This document shows positions 59,031-64,000 of a stretch of DNA of 64,000 nt, piece after piece. The notes under the pieces are model-generated. The model was not told where the DNA came from. It saw only the letters and a list, made by a program, of their open reading frames with translations, and ran no database searches. The position numbers and the translations under genes are program-made. Each line of letters begins with the position of its first letter. Positions within the stretch are counted from its first letter, which is position 1. Source of the DNA: Macrostomum lignano (taxonomy: Eukaryota); assembly GCA_002269645.1 (NCBI GenBank), contig NIVC01000151.1, forward strand, positions 682,001-746,000. Reading direction: 5' to 3'.

Positions 59031-59536
59031 TCTGAAATTCAACCAGGAGAAACTCTAAATTGCAGATAGTTAGCGACTCTAGACTCTTACTATATACTGG
59101 TATATAAGTTGATTATTTTAATTTTTCAGCAAAATGTCTAATTGGAATAACAAGAAACCTTATACTGGTTTTCTTATGAAAATATACTTTTTAAGAACTT
59201 TAATTGGCTCAGTCCGAAGTTTTCATCTGAAGGACCATACGAATACTTCTCGAGGTGCATATCTAAGACCACTTGATTATTGACTGTCGTTCAGGTACCA
59301 ATCTTCTTATTAAGTAAAAAGTTACGTGTACGGCTCCGGATTCCATTAATGAGCTTGGCTACAAGCGGCCGGTTGCCGATTTTGCCCGATTTAATTTGCA
59401 TCTTAATTTTATGAATTTGTTTAAGAAGAAAATTGTTGCGGTAATATACCAAAATGGATGGGCTGCTTAGGGCAGAAATGAGCGAAACGCCGAGGCCGAT
59501 TTGCTCATTTCTGCCCGTAGCAGCCTATCCGTATTA

Positions 59537-60364
59537 TAGCATTTTCCAAGCCAGTTGAGCCTAGGAGCAAGCAATTTTATCCTTATTGGGAGAATCAACC
59601 TATTGAAGACTTGCCTTTCATTGTCTATGGCCCGAAAGGGGGTCTATGGAGCAACCAATTTGAGAATTTGGGCGCGCTATTAATCCTTTTCACAGTTGTG
59701 CAAGCCTTATACCATTGAAAATAACAGATTTCATTAGACAAACATAGATATGGCAGATGAAGAATTTAGCGAGCAGAGCAGTGACCAAAGTTTTGCTACA
59801 GCCAAGATGCAGTGGATGAGCAGAATCCTCCAGGGTGAGAACCCTATCGCAAGATAAGCAACGAAAAGTACGACCTGATTGTTGCTGCCATCGAGAGAAG
59901 TGATAGTGCTGAGCACATTTCGCCATGGCTGGACGTAAAGAGAAAAACAGATGCTTCGCTACATCCGGCGCTGCTTAAACGAGAAAGAAATTCTCTGAAC
60001 ATTGATCGGGTTTGATTTGAATCTGTCCAACACTGTTTTGAGAGACACGATTGCTTGTTCTCGGCTTATACTGTATGCCATGGTTTTGCCTTTGTCTGTT
60101 TTGATTGGTTTCTCTGAAATCAAAGTGAAATCAATCGTTTTTTGATACACTATCTATTTGCAGACGTTACTTCTGTGAAGTTATTTGTGAAGGATATACG
60201 AGCACTGTGAAAAGGATTAATAGCGCGCCCAAATTCTCAAATTGGTTGCTCCATAGACCCCCCTTTCGGGCCATAGACAATGAAAGGCAAGTCTTCAATA
60301 GGTTGATTCTCCCAATAAGGAATAAATTGCTTGCTCCTAGGCTCAACTGGCTTGGAAAATTCTA
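59537..60364. mobile_element. Foldback/MITE-like element with ~160-bp inverted arms and a ~505-bp unique interior, TA-flanked
   Basis: 59537-59696 is nearly the exact reverse complement of 60204-60364, with TA on both outer sides. Confidence 0.75.
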
Positions 60365-63300
60365 TATTATTGATGGGTTTCGACCTTCGGGTCCCTTGTT
60401 AGGAAGCCTTCGGGCCTCAGGCTCAGAAACAAATCACTTTGAGACCTGGCCCCCCACTCCTGTCAGATGGTCAGCCCCATGGTAGCTTGATCGTGTGGCG
60501 AGCAGTCTAGGTCCTATAGCTAAGAGAGGGACAGCGAGAGACAAGCAGGGAGAATTTTGAAGATAGAAATTAGCTAATCCGCAGACTAAGCTAACTCGCT
60601 GCCACCAGCCCGTACGTCCTGGCTCACCACACCGGGACTCTCGAAATCGGGCTTCCGACTAGAAGGGGCTTTGCACTTACCTGCCAACTAGTGTCTTTTT
60701 GCTGTCAATCTCGAAGTCATAGCCGATGATAAGGGACACTGCTGGGACTAGATCGCATTGGCCATGCAGGTACAGAGGGGACTTGTGCAGGGGATTCTTG
60801 CAGTGGCGAGTCTATGGGGTAGCTACATGTACTATTACATTGCTAAATACGAAGATATGTACTTTTGGCCTTCAACGCGCCAACTAGCCTCTCATAGCGC
60901 TGATGATAGACTAACTCGAACTTCAGAGACCTCGCATGATTCATTACCCGAGCCGCTTGGCTAACCTAGAGTGCACAAAGTACATCTCTGGCGCCGATTC
61001 TGCACTTCTGGCAGTTTTGCTCACTAATTTGATTGATTGATCGACTGGGGACTGCCTGGCCATTGGTCCGCTGTGACCGGCGCCTACTAGCTTAGCCACT
61101 CATCTGAGCCATCGGCGAACAAAGAAATAAAACCGATAAAAATAACTGTTAGATTTAACCTTCTCCTTAGATCACTTCACACCTCAGATTGAATTAGAGT
61201 TTCAGACTACTAGTAGTATTATTAAGTGATTTCTGCCTCAGTAACAGCACTACTGAACAAAATGAGCAAAAGTGTGCGCCTAATTCAGCTACTGAAACAG
61301 GGGACAGATAGGGGATCACCCAATCAAGCAAGTCTAGGTAGCCTCTCACCCAACCAATCAGAAACTCAACAGCCGGAGACCAGGAAATCCACAGTGACCG
61401 AATCGGCTTGATGCTTCGCAGCTGTAGACTCGGGATGATGCTGACACAATCTTCGCTGATAGCTAGCAGGTGATGATCTTCGCTTGATGTTTGCTGCTGA
61501 CGACCGGGGGATTCGTCCTTGATGATGATGGGGGGAAGTCGCAATCCGGGGATCAAGAAACGACGGTCGCGCTCCGGGAACCAGAAGTTGCGTGCTGGGC
61601 CCGAGCAAGAGTTAGTCCGAGCGGGCCAAAAACTCCGGTTTAAATAGCCGCCAACTGGACCGCAGTTTGTTATAATGGAACACGTCGATTCTGATTGGCC
61701 GAGCCGTTTTGTTAAAATGAGCGCCGAATTTTCTGATTGGCTAAGCTTGTTGCTACCCCGAATCACGTGACTGAGAGATCCTATCAGTTCCCACAGGGTC
61801 GTAAAAAGATGACAGGTGCGGCCATAAATCAATCAAAATCGCAACAAAATGATTTATGACTTTTCGCGTAGGATTGACAGAAATTAATGAAAAAATATAC
61901 ATTAGAAAGCTCTTATTAAATAGAAAGTGAAGATAATGAAGAGAAATTGCTAATCGCTAATCCCAAAGTACTTTTAGGGGTAAAACGCATAGCTGTCAAA
62001 GCTGTCACACGCTTGAGTGAACACGAACAATAGGCTCTGACCTCATAAATCTTGATGGCCTGTCAAAATGATGAGAAAAAAGCTACCGCCCGCATCCCTC
62101 AGACCATCTGGCGCCCGTCTCAACACTGAGTGAGGCGCAGGTGGCTGTCAGACCAGCTTCGGAAGCGATGATTTACGACCCAAAAAGCTACGCCTATGTT
62201 ATTATGACTACTAGTATGGCCAGACATTATATCTAGTATAGATTCTATGACAATTCGCAGAAAAAGGATAAAAATGCCCATCGCCCACTGTTAGTAGGCT
62301 AGTAAGTTTCGAGCCCATGTGCTAGCGCGGGATTTGGGAAAAAGTGCGTCCTCATCATATGCCCCCCCTATTTGTGAGTTGATCGCAGATTAACTCAAAA
62401 ACAAAGAAGAAAAATGAGCGCAGTTTTGTACAAAATCGCAGCTAGCACATCACAAAGTTAGTAAAAATAATAGTTACTCACAAATAGGTACTAAAATATT
62501 AAACTGACACGCGTCCCAAGAAAGGAAATCCCAAAAGAGAAAGAATTTGGGTAAAGGGAAGGAATGAAGAAAGAGAGGGATCAAAAGAGAGGAGCTTAAA
62601 AATAGATATCGCATTTGCAAATACAGTATTAGGTGTGATTTACACGCCAGGGGATATTACAAACAAACAAATTATTGTCGCGCGAGAAGGTATAATTCAA
62701 AATGTGCGAGATGGGATAAACAGCGCATGTCCGACAAGACTAAGCTTCATTGTTCGCGTTCGAGTCAGTCTCGATTCTACCTGTTAAGCCTCTTGATGGC
62801 TTAATTCCTTTGCCGCGCGGCCGACCCGTGCCAGGATGGGCGAGGAGCCTGGGAAATGCGTTGCACATCCTCCCCTCCCGCCTGTGGAATCCACGTGCCA
62901 GGGGTTGCCGTGCTCATCTGGCAGCTGCTGGCGAATGGTGACCCTCAGAGGATTAAGGGACCCTCGAGTCATCTTTGCTGACTGGCTGAGACGCTGCTGG
63001 GGGAGGATGACCTCAACCGCCTCGAGTTCGCAGGGAGATAAAAGCGACTGACCACTCAGGTCATCCACAAATTATGATTTTCGTCTTCGAATCCTGCGTC
63101 AGCCTTCTACTCGTCAGCCTGCACTTCGCCACTGCCACCTTTGCTGATTTCGCACCAGGCCAGGCCAGCCACTGCAGACCTCCGATCTTCAACTGGTAAG
63201 TCTCATCTCAGCTCTGTGATACTCTACCGTACACGTTACTCAATCGAATAATCCCAGACCCATCCCACAGTTTCAGCAACCTTCAGGGTACACTCCCTCC

Positions 63301-64000
63301 TGCTCATTTGCCCATTCAGTGCTGTGTAGGATATATATACTTTAAGATGTATTATGAATAGAGTTTCAGATAAGAGGCAGAATGATTTTGAGCACTAGTG
63401 TTATATTTTAAAAGTTCTTTCAAAGGGGTTTGTCTTCAAAACTCCGATTCAATCGCATTCTCTTTCTAGTTTAATTCACACAATCCAATTTTAATTTGCA
63501 CTCAGTATTACTACATGTCAGTAGTATCGCACGGCCGCGAGTTAAGTTTTCGAATACAATTAAGAATTTCGTATTAATTCAGGCGGACCACTTGTACTTT
63601 ATGAAAGATTCTATTTGCCCAATCATTCCTAATATTCACCTATATTAATCATCTAATCTGACCTAGTACTAAATTTTGCTTACTATTAGTCTCCTTCTTC
63701 GCTTCGGCTCAGTGAGTTTAGTAACACGAGAAGTCCTACATTTCAATTTTAACTCAGCCCAAGAATCAATTCCAAGGCTGGCATTGCATGTTCTAATTTT
63801 GAAAACATTCATGTCAAATTAGGCAAAATAAACAAGCAATCACATACACGCACACGACACATAGTTTCCGCCACCATTTGATGAACTTTCTACGAAAAAG
63901 GAGAAAAAACGCAAAACACTACTGATATGGATACAAATAGCATGACACAACATTTATAAAATGAGCAAGCAAGAAATTAAGCATTTTGATTTTACGCACA

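Noticed and set aside
61194-63068. 212-aa minus ORF (61194-61832) and short ORFs near 62750-63068
   Set aside because: No recognisable motif, splice structure or codon bias like the real exons. Left unannotated.

Overview
Eukaryotic (animal) genomic DNA: GC-rich exons, GT-AG introns and a very high load of intronic tandem repeats. The style suggests a free-living flatworm such as Macrostomum; this is inference only. Eight genes could be reconstructed by hand with phase-consistent exons: a 5'-truncated importin-alpha; an 11-exon MyRIP/melanophilin-like Rab effector that also carries two Ig domains; a GT32 (DXD) glycosyltransferase; a Kv-beta (KCNAB/Hyperkinetic) subunit; MTHFR; an orphan Cys-rich, probably GPI-anchored protein; and a head-to-head pair of cholinesterase-fold membrane proteins whose catalytic Ser is replaced by Asp. 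Mobile DNA comprises a tRNA-headed SINE family (5 copies), an RT-less RTE-like LINE, a second LINE remnant and two long-TIR TA-flanked foldback/MITE elements. The main oddities are: in-frame stops at conserved Trp (TGA) and Gln (TAG) positions in two neighbouring genes; intronic arrays built by amplifying exon/splice-donor junctions; SINEs that seed minisatellites; and mosaic gene conversion between the pseudo-esterases. All coordinates and alignments were made by eye. No database search was run, and repeat boundaries are approximate.
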